Assembly (NCBI GenBank): GCA_965223265.1
Contig: OZ244999.1
Location: forward strand, 7,136,001 to 7,200,000
Origin: Planctomycetota bacterium
GTDB lineage: Bacteria; Planctomycetota; UBA8108; SXIK01
Direction of reading: 5' to 3'
DNA length: 64,000 nucleotides
Shown here: positions 1-11,888 of the stretch, in pieces
Position numbering within the stretch: the stretch's first letter is position 1
Layout of the letters: the number at the start of each line of letters is the position of its first letter
Program-made: the position numbers and the translations under genes
Notes under the pieces: generated by a model
Databases searched by the model: none
Told to the model about the DNA's origin: nothing
What the model saw: the letters and a program-made list of their open reading frames with translations, nothing else

Positions 1-1863
1 CTCCTCGCCCCCGCCGCTCAGACGGATCGTGTGGATGGAGACCAGACGGGTTCGGTTACGCAGCCGGATCGCACGGATAATCTCCGCGGGATCCGTGATG
101 CGCCCACGACTGGGAGCTCCGTCGGAGAGAAGATAGATCGTGTCAACCTGCGCGTCATCGAAGGCGCGCGAGAGAGAGTCGTAGATATTCGTCCCGCTCC
201 CGGCTTCGATCTTGCGCACGAACTCGAGGGCCTCAGCGCGGCCGCCTCCCGCCACCGCCCTTAACGACTTGCTCCATGAGACGACAGTTGCGTCGAACTT
301 GACAACGTTCAACCACGCTTCGTCGGGCAAACCGCTGATCACCGCTTCCAACTCCGACTTGGCGACATCGATGCGCCGCTGACGGGGAGCAGGCGGTTTC
401 TTGCTCTTTCCCTTCTTCTTTCTCCGTGCCGACTTCTTCCCTTTCGCCTTCTTTCGCTGATCGTCGTCTGATTTCTCGAGGCTCATTTTGGCCTTCATGC
501 TGCCCGAGATATCCACAAGGAATACGACGCGATGCGACGCGACCTCGATTCCAAAGTAAGACAAGTCATGGAGAGTTCGGCTGGTCCTACTTTCGCTCTT
601 CGCGTCGAACTCGAACTTGGATCGATTGACCGACCACCACTTCTGCCAATCGGCCGCTTCCAATCCCATATTGCTGCCGGTGAGCCGTACGAGGGCCCGG
701 AGCATCTCCACGCGAAGACGATATTCAGTCTCTTGACCTAGTGCTTCGATCAAAACATCGATCGTCGGCAGCTTTCGAATCAAGCCCAGTCCACGAATCG
801 ACGCCAGGCGCACGCGTGAATCTCCAGCTTTGATCGTCTCTGCGAAAACCTCGACCGTGTCGGGGCGTTCCGTCATCTGCGCCAGACTTCCAAGCGCGAG
901 GAGCTGGCGTTGCGGAGACTTTGCGCGCGCTTCACCGACCAAGAACTCGTATGAGACATCATCGTCACTGCGAGCCAAAGCGTCCATCGCGTTGACGAAG
1001 AACTCAACGTCGGCACGCTTGCGCTTTTTAAGCATCTTGATGATTTGCTTTACGTCCGCAGCCTCAAGACCGAATGCCGCCAACGCCTCCACGGCTGCCG
1101 CCGCGACGCGTGGAGCAATGCTGAGCACTAGACGTCGGATTCTGCGGCGGGCGGCGTCGATTCCGTCGCGAACGCACAAACGCACCACCAAAACCTGCCG
1201 CTCCGACACGCGGCCGGCGGCCTTGAAGGCTCGCTCCGGCAGCCAGTCTCGCATGACATCTGAGTCGAACTGCCCGAGTACTTCGAGCACGATCCGGGCA
1301 TGAGCCAGTTCTTCATCGCGCCTTTGTGCTTTCGCCGGCAGTACAGTCGACAGAAGCGCTTTCGCTGCGTCTTCGCTATGAAGTCGTCCGAGAATCGGCG
1401 CCAACGCCGACCTTGCCTCGACACCGCGAACTTTTCTCGATAACTGGAGCAGCTCCGTCTCGAACGCACCGGCATCCTGGAGCACTGTTCGCAACGCGTG
1501 CAACGCCGCGGCCTGAACCGAAGGCATATGCGGGCCCAAGTTCTTGAGCAGAAGCGAATGTGCCTTCGCGTGTGGCGAGCGTACGATCGCCAGGGCGCAG
1601 ACGACACGAATCTCCTCCCGTGTGCGACCGAGCTCGCGGATCAAAAAATTCAACGACGCGTCCGACCCTTCCGCGGCGATCGCGAACGCCGCGGGCGCCA
1701 CGTTCTCCTTGATCTTCTTCTGACGCGCTTCCTCATCACCGCCGGCGGTCGACTTCGCGGCGTTGTAGGTCTCGATCAGGGCAGCCAACTCCTCGGCGCC
1801 AGCGGCCAAGGGCACGGCGAAAACCAAGGCGAAGAGGGCGACGATCAAGCGCAGAGAACACAT
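1..1863 (-). CDS. Secreted HEAT-repeat + C-terminal VWA-domain protein (3' end runs off the window)
   Basis: Manual translation from ATG 1863 gives a signal-peptide-like start (MCSLRLIVALFALVFAVPLAA), HEAT-like helical repeats, then VWA motifs VVFLVDISGSM (MIDAS DxSxS), GTNIYD and DTIYLLSDG. The frame stays open to base 1, so it is absent from the ORF track. Confidence 0.8.
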   Translation of the reverse strand, partial: MCSLRLIVALFALVFAVPLAAGAEELAALIETYNAAKSTAGGDEEARQKKIKENVAPAAFAIAAEGSDASLNFLIRELGRTREEIRVVCALAIVRSPHAKAHSLLLKNLGPHMPSVQAAALHALRTVLQDAGAFETELLQLSRKVRGVEARSALAPILGRLHSEDAAKALLSTVLPAKAQRRDEELAHARIVLEVLGQFDSDVMRDWLPERAFKAAGRVSERQVLVVRLCVRDGIDAARRRIRRLVLSIAPRVAAAAVEALAAFGLEAADVKQIIKMLKKRKRADVEFFVNAMDALARSDDDVSYEFLVGEARAKSPQRQLLALGSLAQMTERPDTVEVFAETIKAGDSRVRLASIRGLGLIRKLPTIDVLIEALGQETEYRLRVEMLRALVRLTGSNMGLEAADWQKWWSVNRSKFEFDAKSESRTSRTLHDLSYFGIEVASHRVVFLVDISGSMKAKMSLEKSDDDQRKKAKGKKSARRKKKGKSKKPPAPRQRRIDVAKSELEAVISGLPDEAWLNVVKFDATVVSWSKSLRAVAGGGRAEALEFVRKIEAGSGTNIYDSLSRAFDDAQVDTIYLLSDGAPSRGRITDPAEIIRAIRLRNRTRLVSIHTIRLSGGGEE

Positions 1864-2219
1864 ACACCAACCTTGAGGGTGTGCCGGAGCGGTCAGCTCA
1901 CGCACCTCAGACTCAAGCCGGCACGAAGAGAACTTCGAATCGTTGCCACTCTATAGTCGACAGCCGACGTCACCGGCGAAAAACAGGATGACCATTCTAC
2001 GCTGCAGCTCCCGCCCGGTGCAATCGTACGGCGCCACTCGACCGCCAATGATCGGCCTCTCTCCCAACACTGCGGGCTGCGGTTTTCGCCGCACTTCAGC
2101 CACACGTTCGCGGTCTGGCGACGCGAAACGGAGCGAAGCGCAGCCGCGGTCGAATCATTCGACGAAGAGATCGGCCTCTTCACGCTCGCCTGCTGCTCGA
2201 AGCAAGTTCGAGTGGGCGC

Positions 2220-3191
2220 TCAACTCGGCACGACGCTAGCAACCCGAACGCAGTTTCGCCCGTCTCGTTTGGCGAGGTAGAGCGCTTGATCCGCCAGATC
2301 CAAAACCTCTGTGACTCCTAGGCGGCTCTCTGGTTTGTGGTATGCGAGACCAACGCTCACAGTGATGCGCTCGAGGGGCTCCGGCATACACGCTTTCTCC
2401 ACCGCAAGGCGCAGACGCTCGGCGAAATCGTAGGCACACTCTTGCGCTGCGTCCTCCGCGAGAACAACGAACTCCTCGCCGCCGTAACGGGCAATCTGAT
2501 CGGTGTCGCGCAGATTGCATCGAAGCACACTCGCGACTGTCTGCAAGACCTGGTCGCCGAAGAGATGTCCGTAGCGATCGTTCACTGTTTTGAAGCGGTC
2601 GATGTCGATGCAGAGCACCGCGAATGATCGCGCCGAGGGAGGATCGTCGGCCGGCGCGTCGAGTTCGCTGAGAACTTCATTGAGAAAACGCCGATTCGGC
2701 AGCAACGTCAGAGGATCACGTTTCACCAAGGCCTGCAGTTCGGCCACGAGCCCCTGCTCACGCTCGATTTTCGCCTCCAGATCGTCCACGAGGGCACACA
2801 GTTGCTCGAGCAACTCGGAGCGCACGCTCTCGTCATGACCCAAAGCGATCCAGGTATCACCTCCTACACGCCTGAAGGTGTAGGACACCATCCTCGGGCC
2901 GGCGGGCAACGAGTGGTGGAGCGAGAGGTTGACGCTGGCGCTTTGCGCATCCGTCAGGGCCCGTCGAACATCGCGACTGCACTCGTCAGTCAATGTCGAG
3001 AGGAAATCTGTCGACGACGGACAGTCGCACACCTCGCGGCAGAACAGGCGATTCGCGAACTCGATCCGGCAGGCATCGTCCAAGACAACGATGAACATGC
3101 CTGGAGCGTCCAGCACCATATCCCGCAGTTGAGCCTGCAAATGCTCCGGAAAACACAGGTTTTTCTCTGCTGTTTTCTCGCCCAGGGTCAC
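2220..3191 (-). CDS. Diguanylate cyclase (PAS-like N-terminus + GGDEF domain)
   Basis: Motifs DPLTLLPNRR, DIDRFKTVNDRYGHLFGD, ARYGGEEF and ADQALYLAKRDGRN. Confidence 0.92.
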   Translation of the reverse strand: MTLGEKTAEKNLCFPEHLQAQLRDMVLDAPGMFIVVLDDACRIEFANRLFCREVCDCPSSTDFLSTLTDECSRDVRRALTDAQSASVNLSLHHSLPAGPRMVSYTFRRVGGDTWIALGHDESVRSELLEQLCALVDDLEAKIEREQGLVAELQALVKRDPLTLLPNRRFLNEVLSELDAPADDPPSARSFAVLCIDIDRFKTVNDRYGHLFGDQVLQTVASVLRCNLRDTDQIARYGGEEFVVLAEDAAQECAYDFAERLRLAVEKACMPEPLERITVSVGLAYHKPESRLGVTEVLDLADQALYLAKRDGRNCVRVASVVPS

Positions 3192-3346
3192 GAAAGCTTC
3201 TCCCCTACCACGCGAGGCCTATTCGGTTCCAAAAGGGCGACCCAACGTCGACGAATTGGACCGCCTTCCGAACTATCGGCGCGATCGACGGCAGCACCAA
3301 AGTCCAGTTTGACGAGTGCCGGGAAAGTCGAATGGACCGCTCTAGC

Positions 3347-3386
3347 AAAAAAAAAACCGACGGACATGGCGGGACGCTCGTCAACC
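3347..3386 (-). terminator. Putative intrinsic terminator between the VOC gene and the diguanylate cyclase
   Basis: On the minus strand, an imperfect hairpin GACGAGCGT..ATGTCCGTC is followed by T10 (A10 at 3347-3356 on +). Confidence 0.45.
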
Positions 3387-3476
3387 TCACGACAGCGCGA
3401 GGTGAAGTTCGGATCGGACTCACTTCTTTAGCCTCGAGCTTGGCCATGGCCTCAGGGATCGCGACCGCACCTCGAG

Positions 3477-4355
3477 TTATGAGAATTCCAACCCTCGTGG
3501 TTCGCTCTCTGTGAGCTCGAAAAGATATCCGGACGGATCCTTGACGACGAAGAATCTGTGGCGGCCCGCCGCGAAATCGCTGTCGACGATCGTGAGGTCG
3601 GCGCGCACTGCGTTCTCGTAGTAGATCTCAACGTCGGCGACCTGAACGATAAAGAGCGCTCCCCAACCAAGGGACGACGGGGGCTCTCCCAGCGCGTAAG
3701 GGTCCCCTTTGCCGAGTCGGTCATGGCCATGAATCGCGACGTGAACACCCTCGATTTCGAATTCGGCGTAGCCGCGCGCAGTCTGACTCGTGTGAACCGG
3801 TTCGATCGAGAAAAGCTGTCGATAAAACTCGACCGACGCAATGGGATCTCGAGCGGCGAGCAGAATCAAAGCGAAGCGCGGCGGCGCGGCAGGCACGCGA
3901 ACGTCCGACCGAGAGAGGCGCTGGATAATCTCAGCTTGAGTCCTCTCGATGCGACGCTCACTGATGAATAGCTCTCGCTCTCGAAGAAGCTCGTCAGCTT
4001 GCCGACGCGAAGGAGCATTGAGGAGATTCTTCGCCAGATTGAGATAGCTGCGCAGTTCATGCCGAACCAGAGGGTCCTGCCAGATCTCGCGCAGGAACTC
4101 TCGCGCCCCGACCTGGCTGTCCCAGAGCCGACCGTATCGCCGCAAATACTCTGTCGCCGCACGAGGCTCGGACTCGGCACTCGGGTACCAGATTTCCTGC
4201 GGATGATAAGGTTCTCCGAGAAGCAGCGGCGAAATGTAGAGGTTCTCGAAAAACCCCCGGCGCAGACACACGACGGCGCGAGCGACGTCGGATTGCCGAA
4301 ACGCCTCGACGGCGTGGTTGAACAGATCGCAAGCCGTCAGTCTTTCTTCCGCCAT
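3477..4355 (-). CDS. Helical N-terminal domain + C-terminal VOC/glyoxalase-family domain protein
   Basis: C-terminal ASVEFYRQLF...FFVVKDPSGYLFEL is typical of VOC proteins. Start placed at ATG 4355 (MAEERL). Confidence 0.7.
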   Translation of the reverse strand: MAEERLTACDLFNHAVEAFRQSDVARAVVCLRRGFFENLYISPLLLGEPYHPQEIWYPSAESEPRAATEYLRRYGRLWDSQVGAREFLREIWQDPLVRHELRSYLNLAKNLLNAPSRRQADELLRERELFISERRIERTQAEIIQRLSRSDVRVPAAPPRFALILLAARDPIASVEFYRQLFSIEPVHTSQTARGYAEFEIEGVHVAIHGHDRLGKGDPYALGEPPSSLGWGALFIVQVADVEIYYENAVRADLTIVDSDFAAGRHRFFVVKDPSGYLFELTESEPRGLEFS

Positions 4356-4551
4356 CAAGTTCCCGTTGGAATCGCTGAGTAGATCGTCGGCAGGCACACG
4401 AGCACACCGTAGCGCCGCTTGACTCCACAGTGCGCTCGGTAGTATACACCAGCCCACTTGTCGACCGACAAAGCAACGCCGCTGTTCGAGGTCGACCCGA
4501 ACGCTTGTCTATTACTCCGAAGCTCGTCCCCTCGGTATCCCGAGTCACCGC

Positions 4552-5643
<1,092 letters not shown>

Positions 5644-5717
5644 CCGATCTCTCGGTGGAGACAGCCGCGGACGAAGACGGCGATCCGCGCCACAGCATGT
5701 TCACGGAGTCGTCGCCA

Positions 5718-8700
5718 TCAACCGTCGTTGCGATCGGGACGCTCGCCGGAACTCTTCTTCGCTTCACGTCTCAGGTCGCTTGGAAGTGGCGGCGGCGGTT
5801 CGTTCTCCGAACCGATCTCGAAACCGATTCCGACGGTCACAAACTTCGGCGACGGATTGGCGAGATCACCTTTGACAACGATGCGGCCCGTCACCGACTT
5901 GATCGCGCTCAGAACGCTCTCAAACACGGGCACTTCGACGTTGAACAATCTTGGCAGGAGCGTCAGGTTCAGCTTCCCGTCGAAATCCATCGTGCCGTCT
6001 CCGCGTAGCTTGATGCCTCGGCTTTCGATGCGAATCCCGTTGGGCGTGGCGACAAACTTCCCATCCTTGATCAAGTACTCCAGATCGACAGAGTTGAAGT
6101 AATGATCCCCAAGCGAGTCGCCGAACAGAACACCGAGAATACCCACGAAGAGCGGTAGTTGGACGAGTTTCGCGCGTTTGATGCTACCGCGTCCCTGGCC
6201 AACGACCGATCGGCTGTCGCCGACGCGACCGGCAAACTCGACTTCGCCGCTGGCTTCACCCTCCGTTCCTGTCCCCGGAGCGCCAAAAACATCCTCAGCG
6301 GCCATGGCCACTTTGAGGCCGTCAGCCGTGAAGTGTCCTGCCAAGTCTTTCTGTTCGCCGGCATCGACGTAGAGAAAACCGTCAAACCGCCCGCCGTACA
6401 TCTCCCTCGACGCCAGAAACGCCTGGAATGTCTCGTCGACACTGCTGCGCGTCAGTCGGCGGACAAATGAGCGCGGTGGATCATAGCGCTCCTTTGCCGC
6501 CTCGTCGCCATCGCGGACCGCGCGAATGTGCGGGTGCACCATGCCGAGGCAAAACTCGACGACGGTACCCGTCAGGTGCAACCGGTTGAACCAGGCGGAA
6601 GATGCCCTCACCTCGCCCATCAAAGAGTGCGGCTTGCCGGGAAACTTTGTCCCGGAGAACGAACTCTTGGCATCAATCTCCTTGATTCGCAGGCCGAAGT
6701 CGACCTCGCCGCCCTCTAGGACGATGTCATCGCCACGGTACGAAATCGCCACGTGGCTCGGGTCCACCTCATCAAACTCGAATGTTCCCGTCAGTTTTCC
6801 ACCATAGGTGCCCCCCAAGCCGATCTTTTCAACAAAGCGCCGGAGTTGTGGCGGCAAGGCAGCGACCAGGCGGCCATCGAACTGCAACTCCGCAATATCG
6901 AGCCCGAACCCCAGTGTGCGCTGCGTTCCCTCTTGAATCAGTTCGCCGTGGAATTCAACACGCGGACGGAAATCGTCGGGAGTACGAACGCCCGAGAACT
7001 TCAGCGTCTCTTCTCCCAAGAGCTCGAGACTGCCGCCTTCAAGTGGAATGCGATAGGGAAAATCTTTATGGCGAACGGACCCTCGGTGCAGAGACGCGAG
7101 CGAGTTGACGACAAGGCCGAGCGACTCAGTGGACTGAATCTTGACGTCCAACCCGACCTCGCCGCGAAAATCGAAATCCCGAAGTAAATTTCGCCCACTC
7201 TCCGGAATTGCCTCAGCGAATTCTTCGTCAACACGCAGAGAGTCGGCGTGAAGGGAAACGTGAAATAGCCCTTCTTCTCCGAAGTCGACAGCGCCTTGGC
7301 CCGTGATCGTCTGATCACCGTGCTGTCCCTTCAGGCCAACAATCGTCATGAGGTTGTCGGGGAAATCGAGACGGATCTCGCCGCCGATGTTCTCGACTTG
7401 GTATGGGAAGTGTCGATACGCAATGTGAAGCTGTCGCGGAAAGATGTTCACAGCCACTCGAATACGCCGAAGTTCGCGCAGCTCATCTTCAGGTAGCGTC
7501 GGATCGTACTGCGCTCGGTAAACGTTCACGACTCCATCCGCCGTGCCTGTCGCGCGAAAGTCGTCCCAAATCTGACGCGACTGCAGCGGTAGACTGCCGC
7601 GAAAACGTTCGTCGAGCGGCACACCGGCTATGCGCACAACGATTCCAACCTTGCCGCCCGCTCTCAAATCCGCACCGTAGCCGCTGACTGCGACCCTCAC
7701 AGGGCCTTCGGTCGCCTCGATGGGTCCAGGAAACTCGAGACGCCCGTCCTTGACGACGATCTGGCCACGTGCGCCGCGCACCAGATACGGAAAGTGACGA
7801 TAAGAAACGTCGACACCGTCGAGCGTCAACGTCGCGAGCACGTCCCGCGGGCGCGGCGGAAAGACAAGGCTTTCCGCAACATCCAGCTCGATCCCGATGC
7901 GTCCCGTTGGACTATACTCGTCGTAGATCTCACGCGCATGGCCGGTGAGCACGTCCCGAAGTCGATGGTTCACAGGGAAGGACGCAGCACGCGCTCGCAT
8001 GGTCCAGCGCTGCAGCTCCCACTGTCTGGAGAACTCCGCAGAGCCGCTGAGTGACAAGGGGCCGCCGCCGACCTGACCGGAGAGCGAATCGATCGCAACG
8101 ACCTGATTGCGCATCGACAATCTGCCCTCGATTCCCTTGAGCGGAAATGGCAGTCGCTCGTGGTCGACGTCGCACCGTGAGATGCTCGCCGATAGGCGCT
8201 GGATCTGAAACCCTTCTAAGCTGTCAAAGCTCAGATCAGCATGCAGATCCGCAACCCCACTGACACGAATTCGTTTGATCGTTTGCGCAACGTCTGGGTT
8301 CTCCACGTAGGAGTGAAGGGGTGCTCCCAGGTCGAGTTTCTCGACACTCACCGCGGCGCGCACCTGTCCCGTATCTGAGACGTCGCCCACGACACGAGCG
8401 CGTCGCATGTGCGGCGCTCGACACTCGCCCTGAAATCTCAGCGCACCGCCTTCCTGGCGCCGAAGCGAGGCAAAAACATCTTCGAGCACGACTTCTCGCT
8501 GCGGCCTCACCACTCGATCCACCAAACGGATGCGGCCACCCGCCAAACGAAACGACGACAAAATGGGCGACGCCGCCTCCGGCTGCGCCGCAGACGAGTC
8601 TGCGTCTGCATCGCTCTGCGCTTCAATCGCGTCGAGAATGGAAGCAAAGTTCCATGTGCCGTCGCCGCGACGCTCAAGCGCAAGCCGAGGTTGCTCGAGG

Positions 8701-9101
8701 ACGAAGGCGTCTACTTCGAACGCCCCTTTCAGGAGAGAAAGATACTTGGGGACGAGTCGGACGCGCTCGACACTCAACAGTGGGGGCTCACGCCTAGCGA
8801 CGGATGTCGACGACACATCTGAAGAAGAAGTGGATGGGGCCGGGTGCGTCAGTCGCAATCCTTCCAACTCGACACCGCGCGCCCAGGTGATTCTAAGGGA
8901 TTCGAACTCTGCAGCGAGGCCGAAAGCCGCCCTGAGGTGATCCCGCGCGCGCGACTCGAGCACGGCGGGACGGAGAGCCAAAAACAGATTCAGAGCAACG
9001 CCTATCACAACCACGAGCGCCATCACCGCGCACGTCGAGAATGACACACGGCGAGGTTTTCGTCGGCGGCGCTGGCGCGCGCGACGCGATGTCAGGAGCA
9101 T
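5718..9101 (-). CDS. AsmA-like (AsmA/TamB/YhdP-type) membrane-anchored beta-rich protein
   Basis: 1127 aa with an N-terminal TM helix, PRLALERRGDGTWNF and long beta-rich repeats. The C-terminus (GDGTMDFDGKLNL...VKGDLANP) is AsmA-like. Confidence 0.75.
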   Translation of the reverse strand: MLLTSRRARQRRRRKPRRVSFSTCAVMALVVVIGVALNLFLALRPAVLESRARDHLRAAFGLAAEFESLRITWARGVELEGLRLTHPAPSTSSSDVSSTSVARREPPLLSVERVRLVPKYLSLLKGAFEVDAFVLEQPRLALERRGDGTWNFASILDAIEAQSDADADSSAAQPEAASPILSSFRLAGGRIRLVDRVVRPQREVVLEDVFASLRRQEGGALRFQGECRAPHMRRARVVGDVSDTGQVRAAVSVEKLDLGAPLHSYVENPDVAQTIKRIRVSGVADLHADLSFDSLEGFQIQRLSASISRCDVDHERLPFPLKGIEGRLSMRNQVVAIDSLSGQVGGGPLSLSGSAEFSRQWELQRWTMRARAASFPVNHRLRDVLTGHAREIYDEYSPTGRIGIELDVAESLVFPPRPRDVLATLTLDGVDVSYRHFPYLVRGARGQIVVKDGRLEFPGPIEATEGPVRVAVSGYGADLRAGGKVGIVVRIAGVPLDERFRGSLPLQSRQIWDDFRATGTADGVVNVYRAQYDPTLPEDELRELRRIRVAVNIFPRQLHIAYRHFPYQVENIGGEIRLDFPDNLMTIVGLKGQHGDQTITGQGAVDFGEEGLFHVSLHADSLRVDEEFAEAIPESGRNLLRDFDFRGEVGLDVKIQSTESLGLVVNSLASLHRGSVRHKDFPYRIPLEGGSLELLGEETLKFSGVRTPDDFRPRVEFHGELIQEGTQRTLGFGLDIAELQFDGRLVAALPPQLRRFVEKIGLGGTYGGKLTGTFEFDEVDPSHVAISYRGDDIVLEGGEVDFGLRIKEIDAKSSFSGTKFPGKPHSLMGEVRASSAWFNRLHLTGTVVEFCLGMVHPHIRAVRDGDEAAKERYDPPRSFVRRLTRSSVDETFQAFLASREMYGGRFDGFLYVDAGEQKDLAGHFTADGLKVAMAAEDVFGAPGTGTEGEASGEVEFAGRVGDSRSVVGQGRGSIKRAKLVQLPLFVGILGVLFGDSLGDHYFNSVDLEYLIKDGKFVATPNGIRIESRGIKLRGDGTMDFDGKLNLTLLPRLFNVEVPVFESVLSAIKSVTGRIVVKGDLANPSPKFVTVGIGFEIGSENEPPPPLPSDLRREAKKSSGERPDRNDG

Positions 9102-9943
9102 GCCGAGTCTGACTCCATCAGCTTGTGCTCAGCTTCCGTGGGGCGCATATAGATCGGCACCAATCGGTGAATCTCCTCCCTTGAGCGCGCCACGCGCGAT
9201 CGCCAAGGGGTGGCCTCGTCGCCCGGCTGCTGCAGCGCGTCCAGCGCCAGCAAGGCCACAGCGAGGCTACGATCGAGCGGCGCGGTGCTACAAGGCGTGA
9301 ACGTTACCTTGCCCATCGCTTCACGGTCGACGTGCGACTCCACGAGAGTCAGAAACTTCTCTGCCCCCTCGCCGACGATCCCGAGCTGTCGCACACCGAG
9401 AACGCCGAGCTTCGAGACCAGGGCCGGACAGAGCTCTGCGGCACGATCGACGCTCTGGGGGATGGCCGGAGCCGCGAGCTGAAGCCCGGTCGGCGGCCAC
9501 TGGGGGTCCGCCGCGGAGCGAAAAGCCGCGGCAAAGAGGAAGTCTTGTCTGCCGTCGAGGACGCTCAGACTCCACAGCTCACCACGCTCCCCAGCACGGC
9601 GGGCGGCGAGCAGGCGCGCCGCAGCGACGGCGCGGAGTGTTTCGACGCCAACGACCGGACAGCCGAGAGCCAGTCCAAGGGTTTTGGCGCTGGTAACGCC
9701 AACGCGCACGCCGGTGTACGATCCCGGACCGACGCTGACCCCGACAGCGGCCACGCGACTGATCGCCACGTCGGCCTTCTCCAGCAGACCCCGGATCGAC
9801 GAGACGAGATCTTCGCCATACGAAAACCCGCACGTAAACTCATGTGCAGCGAGCACTTGCCCAGCTTCGAAGAGGGCGACACTGCCGTGGGCAGTCGACG
9901 TCTCGATCGCAAGTATTGGCTCGGAAGGAATCACGGTCTTCAA
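9092..9943 (-). CDS. tsaB: tRNA threonylcarbamoyladenosine biosynthesis protein TsaB
   Basis: ILAIETST, GPGSYTGVRVG and C-terminal PIYMRPTEAE. Confidence 0.9.
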   Translation of the reverse strand: MKTVIPSEPILAIETSTAHGSVALFEAGQVLAAHEFTCGFSYGEDLVSSIRGLLEKADVAISRVAAVGVSVGPGSYTGVRVGVTSAKTLGLALGCPVVGVETLRAVAAARLLAARRAGERGELWSLSVLDGRQDFLFAAAFRSAADPQWPPTGLQLAAPAIPQSVDRAAELCPALVSKLGVLGVRQLGIVGEGAEKFLTLVESHVDREAMGKVTFTPCSTAPLDRSLAVALLALDALQQPGDEATPWRSRVARSREEIHRLVPIYMRPTEAEHKLMESDSACS

Positions 9944-10104
9944 TCTTCAATGCGCCAGGTGGAAACGGACGAACGTGCCAGGTGGCTCAGCGAGTCGACC
10001 TGCTCCTTGAACCTCTGGCCAGTCGCCACTTTACGCCCCCATCGGGGCGAAGAGGCGCAAAATCCGCGGTGGACATACCGGCTAGGTTTCTTACCACCAG
10101 AAAC

Positions 10105-10133
10105 TTGACTTTGCCGCGAAGAATTTCTACGTT
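10105..10133 (+). promoter_or_regulatory. Putative sigma70-type promoter upstream of tpiA
   Basis: TTGACT-17 nt-TACGTT in the divergent tsaB/tpiA intergenic region. Confidence 0.45.
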
Positions 10134-10406
10134 AAGGGGTTCTTACTCGTCGCAGGGTGGTCATGATGGTGCGTGAGTGCGTCGCTCAGCTCTGAAGTCT
10201 CCCGGGAACTCTCCCCCCTGGTGAGGCTCTCTCAGTAACCGGCGTTTTATCCCACCAGTTCGACGAAGACGCTTAGGCACGATCTCGGCGGAGCCCGTAC
10301 GCCGGAGATCGACAAGCAGTGGCGATCGACGGCTGGTGAGCGACGACGAAAGAGTGTCATAACGGGGAGCGTTTCTCGGAATCGGGCTCAGCGAGTGAGT
10401 TGAAGG

Positions 10407-11186
10407 GTGCGCACGAACTACATAGCAGGCAACTGGAAAATGCACAAAACGGTTGCCGAATCGCAGGCCATTGCGACCGAAATCGCGCGCCGTTTGCCCG
10501 CAGGCGATACGCCAAGAGTCGGTCTCTTTCCGAACCTGATTTCACTCGCTGCAGTGGCACAGGCTGTGGAGGGAGCAGCCCATCACGTCACCGTCGGAGC
10601 ACAGAACATCCATTGGGAACGCCGTGGCGCGTTCACCGGCGAAACCGCCGCCGAAATGGTGCTCGGCGGCGGCGGCGAAGCGACGCTCGTCGGCCACTCG
10701 GAGCGTCGCCACGTCTTCGGCGAGACGGACGCCGAAACGGCGAAGAAAGTAGCGCGGGCGCTCGACGCCGGCCTGGAGCCAATCCTCTGCGTCGGGGAAA
10801 CCCTTGACGAGCGTGAAGCTGGTCGTACGACCGATGTCGTTCAGCGCCAGCTGAGCGCGGGACTAGAAGAGATTAAGGTGGCGGCAGACTTGTCTCGCGT
10901 CGTCATCGCGTATGAGCCGGTCTGGGCGATAGGGACCGGTAAAACGGCGACGCCCGCCCAGGGGCAGGAGGTCCACGAGTTCATCCGAGGCCACCTGCAG
11001 GGTCAATTCGAGCGATTAGGCGGAAGCGGAGAAGAAGTCCAGCAAACGTTGATTCTCTATGGCGGCAGCGTTAAGCCTGAAAACTCTGGCGAGCTCCTAG
11101 CCGAAAAAGATGTCGACGGCCTCCTTGTCGGAGGCGCCAGCCTCGAGGCAGACTCGTTTCTCGCGATCTGCGAGTCTTCGTTCTGA
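10407..11186 (+). CDS. tpiA: Triosephosphate isomerase
   Basis: AGNWKM, GAFTGE, GHSERR, AYEPVWAIGTG, YGGSVK and LVGGASL. Confidence 0.97.
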   Translation: MRTNYIAGNWKMHKTVAESQAIATEIARRLPAGDTPRVGLFPNLISLAAVAQAVEGAAHHVTVGAQNIHWERRGAFTGETAAEMVLGGGGEATLVGHSERRHVFGETDAETAKKVARALDAGLEPILCVGETLDEREAGRTTDVVQRQLSAGLEEIKVAADLSRVVIAYEPVWAIGTGKTATPAQGQEVHEFIRGHLQGQFERLGGSGEEVQQTLILYGGSVKPENSGELLAEKDVDGLLVGGASLEADSFLAICESSF

Positions 11187-11193
11187 GTGCCCT

Positions 11194-11218
11194 GTTTTCG
11201 GCTCGAAGCACTGTTTCA
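11194..11218. repeat. Remnant of the MITE right end
   Basis: GTTTTCGGCTCGAAGCACTGTTTCA matches GTTTTCGGCTCGAAGCACTTTTTCA in the 57.5-kb copy. Confidence 0.55.
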
Positions 11219-11296
11219 GTGAAACCCGGATGGCTCGATTGAAACCCCAGATGGCGCCTTGAAACCTCAGAAGGTACGAATCGGAGACGGATCATA

Positions 11297-11830
11297 ATGC
11301 ACGAATTGCTTCTCGCGTTGAGTTGGACCGGCGTGACGCTGACGCTGCTCGGTGTCTTGGTCGTGATTCTTGGCCTGCTTCTGATCGCGATCATCTTGAT
11401 CCAGGATTCGAAGGACACTGGTTTGACGAGTGCGTTCGGCGGTGGCGGGTCCAGCAGTGCGCTCCTCGGCGCGCGAATGCAAAAAGGTCTCACCCGCATG
11501 ACGACCATCCTCGCGATTCTATTCGCAGGTTGCGTCATTCTCATGGGCATCATCGGCAACTGGGGCCAATCACGCTCGGTAGCGGAGCAAGACGAATCGA
11601 CCGCGACAGGCGACGCCTCTCCGGGCACGCCCGACGTCGACGCCGGGACTGGCGCCGAAACTGGCGCAGCGGGAGATGCCGACGGCGCCGTCGACGGCGT
11701 GGTCAACCCCCTCGAACCGTCTACCGACTCAGCGACAACGCCTAGCGGTGAAAGCGCAGGCGCGGTGGTGCCAACGACGCCTCCGGAAGGTGACGTCACC
11801 CCAACGTCGCCACCGTCAGACTCCGAGTAG
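11297..11830 (+). CDS. secG: Preprotein translocase subunit SecG with long low-complexity C-terminal tail
   Basis: TM-ILIQDSK-GLTSAFGGGG-TM pattern, in the usual position after tpiA. Confidence 0.88.
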   Translation: MHELLLALSWTGVTLTLLGVLVVILGLLLIAIILIQDSKDTGLTSAFGGGGSSSALLGARMQKGLTRMTTILAILFAGCVILMGIIGNWGQSRSVAEQDESTATGDASPGTPDVDAGTGAETGAAGDADGAVDGVVNPLEPSTDSATTPSGESAGAVVPTTPPEGDVTPTSPPSDSE

Positions 11831-11888
11831 ACAATCAGCCAGGTCATCGTGGCTGTCATACAAAGCCGCGCCGACGCTGGAGGACGAA

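Noticed and set aside
3192-3476. c-di-GMP riboswitch or small ORF (3205-3447) upstream of the diguanylate cyclase
   Set aside because: No GEMM-type motif is visible, and the ORF crosses a terminator-like T10 tract without recognisable features.
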